Sequence record: NC_048173.1
Reading direction: 5' to 3' (one strand)
DNA: 64,000 bases
The notes under the pieces are model-generated. The model was not told the origin of the DNA and did no database searches. It worked only from the letters and a program-made list of their open reading frames with translations. Of this stretch, positions 47,942 through 58,680 are shown one piece after another; positions within the stretch are counted from its first letter, which is position 1, and the number at the start of each line of letters is the position of its first letter. The position numbers were made by a program, and so were the translations under genes.

Positions 47942-48820
47942 TTACATCTGATTGCTCATGAAGTCGTCTGCAACCGTGCGGTAACCACCCTGAGTACCGT
48001 CGACATCCGGGTTCGGACCGCCTTCAGTCTGCTGGCCAGGAGTAGCCCACATTTTGCGCGTCATTGGACGCAGGCCGTTAAGCTTCATGCGCTGCAGCTC
48101 TTGCTGAGCCGCCTGCATGACACCCCAACCGGTTTGCTGCTGACTGGTGAAGCTGATGGACAGCTCATTCGTCTGCGGACCGGAGTTAGGGTCGCGCTCA
48201 CCGATATCCGGGCCGTTAGATTCCGGAGCCATGTTAGTACACCACCAGGCGTTCACAACTTTACGCTGATACGCATCTGGTTCGAAGTACAGCACGGTCA
48301 TGGAATACATGTCGGGCAGGAAGTCGGGGACGTTAGGGTTGATTGCCGCAATACCCGGGTGACCGGTCTGCGGGTCACAGACCCCGTAAATCAGCCATGC
48401 TGAGAACATGTTCTGGAAGACCTTACCGTCTTTATCCACACCGGTGTGGGTGATGGAAGACTGCGCTTCGGTAACCAGACCAGCTTCAGATTGCTGACGG
48501 TTGTTACGGCCCTGTTGGGTCTGCACGTATTCGGCAGTCAGACCTTTATCCAGACCCGAGAAGGTGGTGTGCACCTCAATAAAGGTCTTGATAGCCTGAC
48601 GCCAAACCGCTGGGTTTGGCATGTAGTCAACCCAGCGCGGGTACTCCATCACACGCGCGATGAGGTTACGACGCAGACGGCTGGCGTTGGTTACAAACTT
48701 ACCAGTCTGGTTCGTCGGACCCTGCATGCCCGAGTCGAACGGACGTACCATCTGGTAGTCGCCGCCGTCAATGTGCAGCCCGTCAGCAGGGAGAATCAAG
48801 CGTTCAGAAAGTCCAGCCAT
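47942..48820 (-). CDS. Tail tube protein (phiKZ gp30-like)
   Basis: Directly downstream of the sheath gene; about 290 aa; YFEPD.....V..AW.CTNM.P motif. Confidence 0.85.
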   Translation of the reverse strand: MAGLSERLILPADGLHIDGGDYQMVRPFDSGMQGPTNQTGKFVTNASRLRRNLIARVMEYPRWVDYMPNPAVWRQAIKTFIEVHTTFSGLDKGLTAEYVQTQQGRNNRQQSEAGLVTEAQSSITHTGVDKDGKVFQNMFSAWLIYGVCDPQTGHPGIAAINPNVPDFLPDMYSMTVLYFEPDAYQRKVVNAWWCTNMAPESNGPDIGERDPNSGPQTNELSISFTSQQQTGWGVMQAAQQELQRMKLNGLRPMTRKMWATPGQQTEGGPNPDVDGTQGGYRTVADDFMSNQM

Positions 48821-48826
48821 TTCTCA

Positions 48827-50866
48827 TTACTCCTGACGATAAACACGGATGGTAGTGTTGAACTGGGTCAACAGCGTACCGCCTTCGCAACGCAGGTCAA
48901 CAGTTACGGAGTTACCGGAACTGATGTCTTCGTCGGTGAATCGCGCCGTTGGGATAACGTTGGCGTTACCATCCAGACGGTTAGCGAGACGTGCGATGAT
49001 ATTGTTTTCAATATCCTTCGCGGCTTCTGCACGGGTCATACCGCTCAGACCGGTGGTGTCAGCCCATACGCGATCCGTTACACGGTACACGTAGGTCATC
49101 AGGAAGTTGAACAGCGCGTTGTTCAGCACTGAACGTTCTTCCGGATAGATAGACTGAATCGCCGGGATGAAGACACGGTAGTAATCGTAGCTGCGGGCAG
49201 AGATAAGCGACACATCCCAGTCGGACGCGTACACTTCGTTCCCTTTCCACGGCAGGCTTACATCGGTCACATCTTCGATGATAGTCTTGCTACCACGGTT
49301 GAAACGATATTCCGGTTTGCAGTACCCGTCTTTCGCACCCATGTACTTCGAGAAGAAGTTCGCGATTGAGTAAATCAGCGGTACTGCTTCTTTATAGGAG
49401 CTGTTACGGATTTTACCGGTCTGGCCCATGATGAGGCCACGCGCAGCTGGGGTACCGAACTTGTCGGATTCCGGCACGGCAGACACCATTTCCATCAGCG
49501 CAACTTTTGCCGACTCTTCAGCCTGCAGGTCGTTACGGCCTTCATTGTACACATGCGTACACAGACCGAGGAAGGTGTTACGGCTACGGCCAATGAAGTT
49601 GCAAAGCACTTCTTTGGTTTCGAAGCTGAAGCCGGAGTCCCAGAAGCAGCCCAGGGAATACTTCAGTTCGTTGTCGTAACGAACTTTACCGTCTTCCGGG
49701 AACAGGGACATTTCACGACGAACGAGTTCATCGAAGACGTCATTGTTCAGCGTACCGTCGCTACCGCCGCTCAGATAATGAACGTGCTGGGAGCTGAAAG
49801 TGGCTTTACCGGTCACGGTTCCCGGGTTGACGATCAGACCATCATATGGGTTCCCGTTGAGATCCACGCCGTTGAAAATGTCAACTAAGTATGGGTCAGC
49901 CGGAGCGTTGTCAATCAGACCTGCCGCCTGCGTGAGCAGAGCTTCGAGGTTGTCCTGATAAACATAGAACTCTTCGAACGGGCCGTAATCTGGCAGTGCG
50001 CCGATTTCCGGGATGGTGTTACGCCATGCTGGGGTAACGATACTCGCGAAGTCCAGGTCCGTCGCCATCGGCTCGTAGTAAGCGTCTGGTTTGAAGCTGA
50101 AGTTCAGCGTGGTCATACCCTTCAAGGTTTTCCAGATAACTGGAGACGAGACGCCAGCAAGCGTTTCGAACCATTGCATGGTATAAACACGACCACCCAC
50201 CTTCTGCTGGTAAGCCGCAGACAAGGCAGGTGAAGATTTCGCGTTCGGGACGGTCAGCTTATAGCCGAAACCGTTCACGTCGCCAGAAGCAAATGGTCCT
50301 TTGATATCCCACAGCGGGATAACTGTCGATTTCTCGCCACCGCTACCGGTCAAAGTGCCCTGCATCTGTTTGCCGTTTTTGAACAGACCGTTCGTGGCAT
50401 TAATTTCAATGACACGGAATACAATCTGCAGGCCCATGCGCTTCTCTTTGACGAGAGCCTGGCCAGTCTGATCGTACTTGATGCTACCGTCGGTGTTGCG
50501 CTCGTAGATGTCCACTTCAGTCAGTAAGACTTCGGCGGCCATACGCTGCGTGGCAACTTCGGCATCGTCAGGACGGACTACCTGAACCATCATTTCGTTG
50601 CCGTTGGCATTGAACATGTTCAGGAACGGGGTGTTGAACGTAGCGTATTTGCTACGATAATCGACGACATCACGGCCTACCAAAGAAAGCAGGTTATCGC
50701 CCGAAAGCGGGAATGCCTCGTTATCGACACAACGTCCGCCGAAAGTAAAAATCAGCGGCTTGTGAATCGGGTCGCCGATCGCTTGCCGCACAAGCTCAGG
50801 GACGGAGTTATCCTGCCATCCCTGCTTGTTATTCAGCGGCGAGCTGTTTCGTGGGATATAAGTCAT
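48827..50866 (-). CDS. Tail sheath protein (phiKZ gp29-like)
   Basis: 679 aa; sheath-type C-terminus (WDSGF, LCTH, E.SVLN); synteny with tube and terminase. Confidence 0.88.
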   Translation of the reverse strand: MTYIPRNSSPLNNKQGWQDNSVPELVRQAIGDPIHKPLIFTFGGRCVDNEAFPLSGDNLLSLVGRDVVDYRSKYATFNTPFLNMFNANGNEMMVQVVRPDDAEVATQRMAAEVLLTEVDIYERNTDGSIKYDQTGQALVKEKRMGLQIVFRVIEINATNGLFKNGKQMQGTLTGSGGEKSTVIPLWDIKGPFASGDVNGFGYKLTVPNAKSSPALSAAYQQKVGGRVYTMQWFETLAGVSSPVIWKTLKGMTTLNFSFKPDAYYEPMATDLDFASIVTPAWRNTIPEIGALPDYGPFEEFYVYQDNLEALLTQAAGLIDNAPADPYLVDIFNGVDLNGNPYDGLIVNPGTVTGKATFSSQHVHYLSGGSDGTLNNDVFDELVRREMSLFPEDGKVRYDNELKYSLGCFWDSGFSFETKEVLCNFIGRSRNTFLGLCTHVYNEGRNDLQAEESAKVALMEMVSAVPESDKFGTPAARGLIMGQTGKIRNSSYKEAVPLIYSIANFFSKYMGAKDGYCKPEYRFNRGSKTIIEDVTDVSLPWKGNEVYASDWDVSLISARSYDYYRVFIPAIQSIYPEERSVLNNALFNFLMTYVYRVTDRVWADTTGLSGMTRAEAAKDIENNIIARLANRLDGNANVIPTARFTDEDISSGNSVTVDLRCEGGTLLTQFNTTIRVYRQE

Positions 50867-50925
50867 GGATCAGAGTCTCCATACATTGTTTTGAAAGACC
50901 AGATGGTCATACTAAGGATTTTCTC

Positions 50926-51840
50926 ATGGCACTTGAAAACGCATATAAGGGCTTTCATTTCACCAGCTTCAATCTGGAAAAGATTAAAGCCGACCTCGAT
51001 TTAGCCCGTGTTCAGAACCAAACGATCGCAATGTCGGAGCAGATTCACTACGTCATTGAGACAGCGACGGTCGCCGGATTCCCGTTACCGATTGTTCACG
51101 ACGGTATTGTGTACGTCGATGCTCGCCCGTTCACAAAACTGGACCGTGAAGGTAAACTGCAGATTCGTGACGTGCTTGAGCACGACCTTCGTCTGGATGA
51201 AGCGCGGTGGGAGCTGGTCTGGACAAACCCGGCTGTTAACCGTCAAACGCTCATGTCGCAGTTCCCTTACTACCATGAGATTTTCAGTACGTGGGTGGCA
51301 GATGCTATCTCCCATACCTACGGACTAACCCCATATCAAAGTAGCCAGATAAAAGCACTCGCAGCTTTATTCAGTATTGGCCACTTTTATAATGGCGTTC
51401 CGGACGAGTTGACTGCCTACCGCTTGCAAGAGATGGTAGGGAAAGAGCTTTATTTACCGATGCAAATCTTTGAGTCGGTGACCGGTCGTACCGAGTTCTT
51501 TATTCCTCGGGATGCAGCAGAGTTTGTGGAAATGGTAGTCAAAGCGGACGTAACACCACGCCTGCGTGAGTTCAACATTTCGGCATTGCTGCAAAACCTG
51601 TCCGGAGCATTTTTCGGGGTGTCGTTCGCCAAACAGCTGACCAGCTCTGCGGTGGAATACGCGCCGAGCATGCTGGTCATTATGAAAGCATGTCTGGAAA
51701 ACTCTACCTATAACCGTACCCGTCTGGGACAAGTGGTGAAACGTTCGAAAGTGACGAAGGTGCATGACAAGTTTGTGCGCTCCTACGAAATCACCCTGAA
51801 CGAACACACCAAACCCCCGGTGGACTTTAAGGAGTTCTAA
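50926..51840 (+). CDS. Virion structural protein (phiKZ gp28-like)
   Basis: AAGGA RBS before ATG 50926; first gene of the conserved block between sheath and terminase. Confidence 0.7.
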   Translation: MALENAYKGFHFTSFNLEKIKADLDLARVQNQTIAMSEQIHYVIETATVAGFPLPIVHDGIVYVDARPFTKLDREGKLQIRDVLEHDLRLDEARWELVWTNPAVNRQTLMSQFPYYHEIFSTWVADAISHTYGLTPYQSSQIKALAALFSIGHFYNGVPDELTAYRLQEMVGKELYLPMQIFESVTGRTEFFIPRDAAEFVEMVVKADVTPRLREFNISALLQNLSGAFFGVSFAKQLTSSAVEYAPSMLVIMKACLENSTYNRTRLGQVVKRSKVTKVHDKFVRSYEITLNEHTKPPVDFKEF

Positions 51841-54350
51841 TGGATAACTGGCTTGTAGCTCATGCGCAGCAATACGCATGGCAACGTCCGGGTGCGGATG
51901 GCACGCTGATTATCGCCCCGCACAAAATCACGCAGAAGACCGGGGCTATAGGCCATGTCCGTGACGGACTCTCCGACATCCCACTGCCGGGGTCCGGATG
52001 GTGGCATGCATACCACCTCGGCAAACTGCATGCGCGGGAAGGTAATCTCGATATCCCGGCGGGGATTTGGTATAAAGTCTCCGCGGTGATTAATAAGTTA
52101 AGTGCCTTTATTCTTGTCTACAATGAGAAGGGTATTGGCATGCCGACTGACCGGATGTATTTCTACCGTGACCGCAGTGGGGCCATTCTGCTGGCCATGC
52201 AGCAAAACGGAAAATACGCGTGGCCGGAAACGGACACCTTATACATCAAGTTCTACCCGGGTTGGTCAGGCGGCGAAAACGCACCGTCTATTCCTGCCAC
52301 CACCACCGAATACATGACGGTACCGAACCTGTTAGCGCGACAAGCGGTCATTGACCGGATTGCCAAACTGAAGGCCGAGCGTCAGGGGTATGTGGCGGTG
52401 TGGGTTAACGGCGAACTGCGTGACAACCTGAAAGTGGATGACTTGGTCACATGGGACGATATCGAACTGCGTGTTGACGGCCGTGTCCGTCGTGTGGTCG
52501 ATTACGTGCTGGGTGATGTCAAGTCGTTTACCTCAACGCTTGATAACAAGCGTAAGTATTTACTGCACCTTCCGAAAGGGGATGATAAGTGGACGTTCAA
52601 CGACGATGTAGAGATTCATGTCTACTACAAAAACCGCGGACGTTATTACCACCATCACCGTAGTGAAGCGATGCGTAACCTGACGTACAATGACCTCAGT
52701 ATTCCGACCGAGCGCGTAAAAGACTTGCGTGTGACGTGGGGACAGTTGACGAACATCGACGAGGTGATTGTGCGCGTGTTGATTCGCGACGATTACATGG
52801 AGCAGCAAGCCCTCTTTAATACCGACCGTCTGTTCGACTTGTATCGTCTCAGTGACGAAGATATCGTGGCGGCGATGGTAGGGGCAAATGCCAACGTGGT
52901 CGAATGGCAGGCCGCCAGTCTGGAACAATCTGCAGCGAACCGTTTAGCCGCCGCAAAGCCGAAGAATATCACTCGCAAGCTTTGTACGGATGCTTACGGT
53001 TACAATGCGGTTTCCGTCTATGCCGCCAATACCCCACAGAAACTGGAATTAAATGAACAGGGCTGGTTCTGTCGTTTACCGGATTTGTTAGCCCGTCGCT
53101 CGACCGTGTACGAGTACGATGCGAATGGCAAACTGTTAGGTTCTTATCCGCACAACGACGATGCTTTCTACTACGCACGTAACCCGGCAGCTCGTCTGGT
53201 TGAAGCGTTAGCGAGTGTGCAGAACACAGCAATGGACATCACTGACGATGCGCCGGACTTCCAACTGGAAGAAGGGTTGAACTACACGTTCTACCTCCAG
53301 AAGTTGAAGTCAGGGGCAATAACGGGCGAGTACATTCTCGCGGAAGAAGGCGTGGACTATACCAACACCGCTGGTTTGATTGAGTGGAAGGTAGACCGGA
53401 CTCGTCGTCGTCCTACAGTTATTACTGACCGTTATCATCTCTTCTCCTCTACCACCTTTAAAGTGGAAGACGGAGAGATTCGCATTGGTGTGACGTCTCG
53501 CGGCACCGACGGTATTGACCGTCCGTTATTCGTGCCTATGGAAACTGTCGAAGCATGGCTGAACGGCTACCCGCTGGTACACGGGGTGGACTTTACCGTT
53601 CAATGGCCAGCGGTGACTGTCGTGAACAAAGTGTTCATTAACGACGGGGCAGTGAACAAGCTCGAACTGCGTGCGCGGGGCGTCACTGGGACCTTACGGG
53701 TACCAGAGCATGGTTTTGTAACAAGTGGCGTGTTGTCCAACAACGACCGCTACGATATCCGTGAGGATAAAGTGGTTCGCATTGTAGCCGGTGGGCGGCT
53801 GATGCACCGTGACGACGTTGTCTTTCGCGAAGACAGCGCATTGGGCGTGTCGACAATTCCCGATGGGGTTCCGTATTCCATCGATGACCCGACCGTCCCG
53901 TTGCGAACATTGGTAGAGGGTGACACGTACTCCTTGAGAGATAAAGCGCGGGATATGGATAGTCGAATTGAAGACTACCTGTCTGCGTGGTTCCCTACAC
54001 CGCCCCCGGCTGACATTGTACCGCTTCCCACGTGGTATCACTTGTACAGCCCTGTGTTAAATAAGGTCATGTGGGATATCCAGATGAAACGGTTGACTGT
54101 GATTGAGGACGATGAAACAAATCGTATCTCGACGACTCAGCTCGATGACATCATGGTGGCCTACGAAGACCTGTTGGCGTTTGACCCCGCCTTCATCGGT
54201 TTTGACCGGCGCTTCGTTCGTGTGCATCCACATCTGCAGTACAAAACTGTGGAGGTTGCCGAGTTGACGTACGCCCTGCTCGACCGCATTAATGCGCGTT
54301 ATCTCAATAACGCGGTAACGCTCAATCAGTATCTGAAAATTAAGGGTTGA
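51840..54350 (+). CDS. Virion structural protein (phiKZ gp27-like, baseplate/tail associated)
   Basis: 836 aa, beta-rich; synteny. Confidence 0.72.
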   Translation: MDNWLVAHAQQYAWQRPGADGTLIIAPHKITQKTGAIGHVRDGLSDIPLPGSGWWHAYHLGKLHAREGNLDIPAGIWYKVSAVINKLSAFILVYNEKGIGMPTDRMYFYRDRSGAILLAMQQNGKYAWPETDTLYIKFYPGWSGGENAPSIPATTTEYMTVPNLLARQAVIDRIAKLKAERQGYVAVWVNGELRDNLKVDDLVTWDDIELRVDGRVRRVVDYVLGDVKSFTSTLDNKRKYLLHLPKGDDKWTFNDDVEIHVYYKNRGRYYHHHRSEAMRNLTYNDLSIPTERVKDLRVTWGQLTNIDEVIVRVLIRDDYMEQQALFNTDRLFDLYRLSDEDIVAAMVGANANVVEWQAASLEQSAANRLAAAKPKNITRKLCTDAYGYNAVSVYAANTPQKLELNEQGWFCRLPDLLARRSTVYEYDANGKLLGSYPHNDDAFYYARNPAARLVEALASVQNTAMDITDDAPDFQLEEGLNYTFYLQKLKSGAITGEYILAEEGVDYTNTAGLIEWKVDRTRRRPTVITDRYHLFSSTTFKVEDGEIRIGVTSRGTDGIDRPLFVPMETVEAWLNGYPLVHGVDFTVQWPAVTVVNKVFINDGAVNKLELRARGVTGTLRVPEHGFVTSGVLSNNDRYDIREDKVVRIVAGGRLMHRDDVVFREDSALGVSTIPDGVPYSIDDPTVPLRTLVEGDTYSLRDKARDMDSRIEDYLSAWFPTPPPADIVPLPTWYHLYSPVLNKVMWDIQMKRLTVIEDDETNRISTTQLDDIMVAYEDLLAFDPAFIGFDRRFVRVHPHLQYKTVEVAELTYALLDRINARYLNNAVTLNQYLKIKG

Positions 54351-54352
54351 CA

Positions 54353-55999
54353 ATGGCGACGACTATTACAACCGGTATCGTGGATAAAGACCGTGGGATG
54401 CGCTTGTGGGACCCCTCGGAACTTTACAACAAGGAAACGGGGACAGGCTTTGTCCCCAACAACCTTGACTTAGTAAAGAACGACGTATACCGCATGCTGT
54501 TCGAAATCTACGATGTGGATTACACCAACTTCACGTGGAAATCGAAGCCTTACGGTACGGTGCAGATTTACAACGACAGTGAGCGTTTAGGCGGTCACTA
54601 CCCGTTGAAGTCTGACAAATACCGTATCTACGTGGACAGTAGCAAACATCCGGCCACGCTGGACTTCCATGACCACCTGACCTTTAACGGGCCGGATGTG
54701 TTAGGGGTGCGTTTGTTCCGCGGAGTGGACATCGACGACAATGCTGAAGTCCTTTCGGGGTTCTACAAAAACGGGAAGCTCGACGAGACGCTGCTACCAG
54801 TTCGGCCGGTGCGTAACGAAGGGCTGGATACGCAAGTCAACACCGTGCTGCCGGGGTATTGCACCGCGGAAGTAGAAGACGGTGAGAACGTGTCCTTCGT
54901 AGCCTATGCTGACAACGACCGGGTGATTCTGGTTGGGGTAGCGAAAATCATCAAGACCAATCTGGTGATGGCCGCGGAAACACCGGCACGTACTATCGTG
55001 GATGTCAAACTCGAGTCGCCGTTCATTCTGGACACCGACTCCCGGGTACTGACCTTACCGATTAACTTGCCTATCGAAGACATTCCGTTGAACGCCCTGA
55101 TTATCTACACCGACGGGCAGAAGCGTTTACCGATTGACGGTAGCCGGGTTATGTTAAACGGCCTGCGTAACGCGGGCAGTCACGACACGTACTACATCGC
55201 GTCGAATGCCGGGCAGGAACTGCCGCTGGTACTCAGTTATCGCATGGCGAAAGGGGAAACGTATGCGGGTGAAGGCTATGTCAATGGCGCGATTGTGCGC
55301 GATTATAAAGCAGCGACGGAAGCAGTCGATGGCGGTTACTCGCTGAAACTGTTTGCGGTTCCTACATGGCTCGATGTCAACCGTGGGTATCGCTTGTCGT
55401 TCTTCCTGTATAACTTGACCCGTGGGCAGGTGTATGACGCCTCCGCCTTTGTGGATTATACGGCGAACACTTCGTTCGACCCGTTACTATACGGGGTGAA
55501 GCAGCGCTTGAATGTGCAGGTCGATGTCAGTAAGGTCAATCCGACTTACCGCGCGTTTGTCCATGCGCAGTCATTCCACATTACCTTGATTAATCCGGGT
55601 AACGAGCTGAACACGAACTTCTATCTGGAGTACGTGCAGGACGGTAAACGTTACGGCGAAAACGTGTATGCGAAATTCAAATACTCGAACGTGTCGTATT
55701 CTGATATCGACCTGAAGTGTGGGGCGCTGACCCAAGCGGAATGGATTGCGAAACTGTACGACACCAGCTATCCGCTCTATGACCGCCGCACGGAGGCTAA
55801 TGCGCCGACCCCTACCCACTTTGAATTGCATGTGGGTGGACAGGTACAGACGTACGCCGTGGGTGAATGGCTCAACAAGTTAACCGTCCCGTACAAAGTG
55901 CCGGAAGGCGGCACAGTTGTCATTCGTTGGCTGGCGCGTACGCCGACCGATACGTTGCAGTTAGGTTTGTCTCCGCTACTCGCTCATTTAACAACATAA
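54353..55999 (+). CDS. Virion structural protein (phiKZ gp26-like)
   Basis: Beta-rich, about 548 aa, directly upstream of the terminase. Confidence 0.72.
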   Translation: MATTITTGIVDKDRGMRLWDPSELYNKETGTGFVPNNLDLVKNDVYRMLFEIYDVDYTNFTWKSKPYGTVQIYNDSERLGGHYPLKSDKYRIYVDSSKHPATLDFHDHLTFNGPDVLGVRLFRGVDIDDNAEVLSGFYKNGKLDETLLPVRPVRNEGLDTQVNTVLPGYCTAEVEDGENVSFVAYADNDRVILVGVAKIIKTNLVMAAETPARTIVDVKLESPFILDTDSRVLTLPINLPIEDIPLNALIIYTDGQKRLPIDGSRVMLNGLRNAGSHDTYYIASNAGQELPLVLSYRMAKGETYAGEGYVNGAIVRDYKAATEAVDGGYSLKLFAVPTWLDVNRGYRLSFFLYNLTRGQVYDASAFVDYTANTSFDPLLYGVKQRLNVQVDVSKVNPTYRAFVHAQSFHITLINPGNELNTNFYLEYVQDGKRYGENVYAKFKYSNVSYSDIDLKCGALTQAEWIAKLYDTSYPLYDRRTEANAPTPTHFELHVGGQVQTYAVGEWLNKLTVPYKVPEGGTVVIRWLARTPTDTLQLGLSPLLAHLTT

Positions 56000-56008
56000 T
56001 CTCGACAC

Positions 56009-56034
56009 AGGTCTAGGGGTTGCCCCCTAGACCT
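56009..56034. other. Perfect 11-bp hairpin without U-tract ahead of the terminase
   Basis: AGGTCTAGGGG-TTGC-CCCCTAGACCT. Confidence 0.7.
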
Positions 56035-56054
56035 ACACCGGGAGGTATCGCAGC

Positions 56055-58160
56055 ATGATTCTACGTAAAGGTGACTGGGCCCGATATCCCGGTGCCATCA
56101 TTCACAACACCACACGCAACAAGCACTTCTTGAAATTCGCTGACACGTTAAAGAAATTGAACGTGGAGCACTGGTATGTTCACTTGGCGCTGCATAACCC
56201 GGCGTTGGCAAACCTGAACCCACATGACCCAAACCTGACTGTGAAAGAACAGATTATGGTGACGGAAGAATGCGCGGTCAACCCATGGTATTACTTCCGC
56301 GAATGTGTGCGTATCCCGGCGGACGGTTCAAACGGCGTGCCGTTCCGTATCGACCGTGGTAACTTCGCGATGTACTGGATTTTCTTTAACAACATCGACT
56401 CCGGGGTTGAGTTCCTGCGTCAGCACGGTAAGACCATCGGTATCTGTGGGTTAGAGAGCTGGCTGATTCGTTTCTTAGAGAACTCCCGTACCATTCACGT
56501 TACTCGTGGCCCTATCCTGCGCGAGGAAACGATTGTTACCCTGAAACGTATCCGTGATAACTTACCGCCGTACTTGTGGCCGCACCATCCTGATGACCCG
56601 GACAACAAAGAAGCATTCGCATGTCTGGCGCAAGGCAACAAACTGATTACCGCTATCGGTCAGAACGACATCCCCTCTGCTAACGGCGTGGGTCGTGGAC
56701 TGACTGCCGGTCGTCTTATCTCGGATGAGGGCCCGTTCACCAACAACATTCACCACATCTTACCTGCCGCCTTCGGTTCGGGTACCGCGGCTCGACGTAT
56801 CAACGAAGAGCACGGTGTGCCATATGGCAACGTCATCGCGACAACGCCGGGAGACCTTGCAACCGAAGAAGGGGTGTACATTCACAACCTGATGACATCA
56901 GGTATCGTATGGGACGAGCGTTACATTGACATCCCATCCCGTAAGATGTTGATTGACCTTATCATCCGCAACGCAACATGTGAGCAACCCCGCTTGATCT
57001 TCTACGTCAAGTTGAACCACCGACAGCTGGGTACCTCGGATGCTGAATTAGCGGGAATGATATCGAACGCCACAGGTACACGTGACCAGATCCTCCGTGA
57101 CTACGGTGGTACGTGGACAACAGGCGGGCTTAACAAGCCGTATAGCGAAGAAGATGCGCGTCGTATGACGCAGTCGAGAATGTCTCCCGCATTCAAGGAA
57201 ATCTCTTCGTCCGGTTATGTGTTAGATTGGTTCTACAAAGAATCTGAGCATGCGTCTAAGATGCGCACACGGCACATCATCGGTCTGGATACCTCGGAAG
57301 CTGTCGGGCGAGATGCCATTGGCTTTACGATGATCAATTCAGAGACCGCTGAGACTGCCGCAAAACTGAACGTGAAAGAAACTAACGTCATCGGTTTTGC
57401 TAACTGGCTTGCTGGCTTCATGGAGAAATATACCAGCACAGTGTTAATCCTTGAGCGACGTTCTACGGGGTCGTCTGTGGCAGACGCGTTGTTGCTTGTG
57501 CTACAGAATAAAGTCCGCGACCTGCATCGTCGTATATTTGTTCGTGTTACTCAGGACTCGTCACGTTATGATGACCTGTTCACGGAGTTCCGTCGAGGGC
57601 CGGGGTCAGTGCCTGAGAGGTTCTGGGATAAGTTCCGCAAATATATTGGATTCTCTACGGACCAGGATAAACGTCGTAAGCTCTACGGTGAAGTCTTCAC
57701 CATGGCTCTACGCATTTCGGCCCACTTAATAAGGTCAGGCGAGTTAATCGACCAGATCTTAGGTTTGGTGGAAAGAGGCGGCCGCATCGACCACGTACGT
57801 TCGGGGCACGATGACTTGGTAATCTCTTGGCTGTTGGCCATGTGGCTTTTAATCTTCGGCAAGAACCTCGGACATTATGAGATTTCTAACCACCGTGTGA
57901 TGATACGTCATCAGAACATGGTTACCGGGCGGAAAGATGATGATGAAGAGAAACAATTGCAGGAAGAGCAAGAGCAGCGTGAGTTGATGGTTAAGATTGA
58001 AGCTTTGTCACGTGATATTCAGGCAACCCGGTGCCCAGTGAAAACCATGAGTCTGCGAGCGAAACTGCAGTCGCTGGTTGGGGACCTCAACACTGACCTT
58101 CAGAATGTCGCAACGATGGAGTCCTTAAAAGAGCTCCTCGCACGGCAGAGGATGAAATAA
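56055..58160 (+). CDS. terL: Terminase large subunit
   Basis: Walker A LRQHGKT, GRGLT, Walker B ISDEGPF, ATTPG, nuclease IGLDTSE and HDDLV. Confidence 0.93.
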   Translation: MILRKGDWARYPGAIIHNTTRNKHFLKFADTLKKLNVEHWYVHLALHNPALANLNPHDPNLTVKEQIMVTEECAVNPWYYFRECVRIPADGSNGVPFRIDRGNFAMYWIFFNNIDSGVEFLRQHGKTIGICGLESWLIRFLENSRTIHVTRGPILREETIVTLKRIRDNLPPYLWPHHPDDPDNKEAFACLAQGNKLITAIGQNDIPSANGVGRGLTAGRLISDEGPFTNNIHHILPAAFGSGTAARRINEEHGVPYGNVIATTPGDLATEEGVYIHNLMTSGIVWDERYIDIPSRKMLIDLIIRNATCEQPRLIFYVKLNHRQLGTSDAELAGMISNATGTRDQILRDYGGTWTTGGLNKPYSEEDARRMTQSRMSPAFKEISSSGYVLDWFYKESEHASKMRTRHIIGLDTSEAVGRDAIGFTMINSETAETAAKLNVKETNVIGFANWLAGFMEKYTSTVLILERRSTGSSVADALLLVLQNKVRDLHRRIFVRVTQDSSRYDDLFTEFRRGPGSVPERFWDKFRKYIGFSTDQDKRRKLYGEVFTMALRISAHLIRSGELIDQILGLVERGGRIDHVRSGHDDLVISWLLAMWLLIFGKNLGHYEISNHRVMIRHQNMVTGRKDDDEEKQLQEEQEQRELMVKIEALSRDIQATRCPVKTMSLRAKLQSLVGDLNTDLQNVATMESLKELLARQRMK

Positions 58161-58402
58161 TGACTACAGCTTTTGTATCTGCGATATTAGTGATTTGGCT
58201 TTGTGTCGCTTTTGGTTTACGTCACTCGGTCGGGATTATCCGCGCGGGCGAAGTGGCCATTGGGCGCACGAAAGAACAGCTTAATCGCAAAGCATTAACG
58301 TTAGTCGTTTTTACAATCAGTACGAGCGCGGGCATGACTTACGTTATGACGCAAATCTACTTCCTGCATCAAACCACGTTGCAGCTTGCGGGAAATATGT
58401 AA
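58160..58402 (+). CDS. Small two-TM membrane protein (holin-like candidate)
   Basis: Two hydrophobic helices in 80 aa; coupled to the terL stop. Confidence 0.6.
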   Translation: MTTAFVSAILVIWLCVAFGLRHSVGIIRAGEVAIGRTKEQLNRKALTLVVFTISTSAGMTYVMTQIYFLHQTTLQLAGNM

Positions 58403-58448
58403 TTTCCCTTTAAAAACAACTGCTTCCTCTATTATGGAGGAATAACAG

Positions 58449-58640
58449 ATGTTAATGTACTTGAACGTCTGGCTCTGGTTCTTCTGCACTTCGGTGCTGA
58501 TTTGGCTGGGGTTGGAACAAGCTGCAGACATGGTGAAGCCCACACCGCCTCCTGATGACTACTCGTTGCGAAAAGCGCGTAACTTTCTGGAGATTAAGGA
58601 CCGCGTACTTAAGGTGTACGTATGGACTTGTGGGCACTAA
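58449..58640 (+). CDS. Small single-TM protein
   Basis: GGAGGA RBS; N-terminal TM. Confidence 0.65.
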   Translation: MLMYLNVWLWFFCTSVLIWLGLEQAADMVKPTPPPDDYSLRKARNFLEIKDRVLKVYVWTCGH

Positions 58641-58642
58641 GG

Positions 58643-58680
58643 GAGAGGGCTTCGGCCCTCTCTTCTTATTTTATTTTTTT
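58643..58680 (+). terminator. Intrinsic terminator
   Basis: GAGAGGGC-TTCG-GCCCTCTC plus T-tract. Confidence 0.85.

Noticed and set aside
48446-49132. 228-aa plus-strand ORF across tail tube and sheath
   Set aside because: Antisense shadow of strongly codon-biased structural genes; no RBS or recognisable motifs.
35274-58160. Introns or inteins in the RNAP subunits or terminase
   Set aside because: The genes are contiguous, of typical length, and show no LAGLIDADG/HNH or intein splice motifs.
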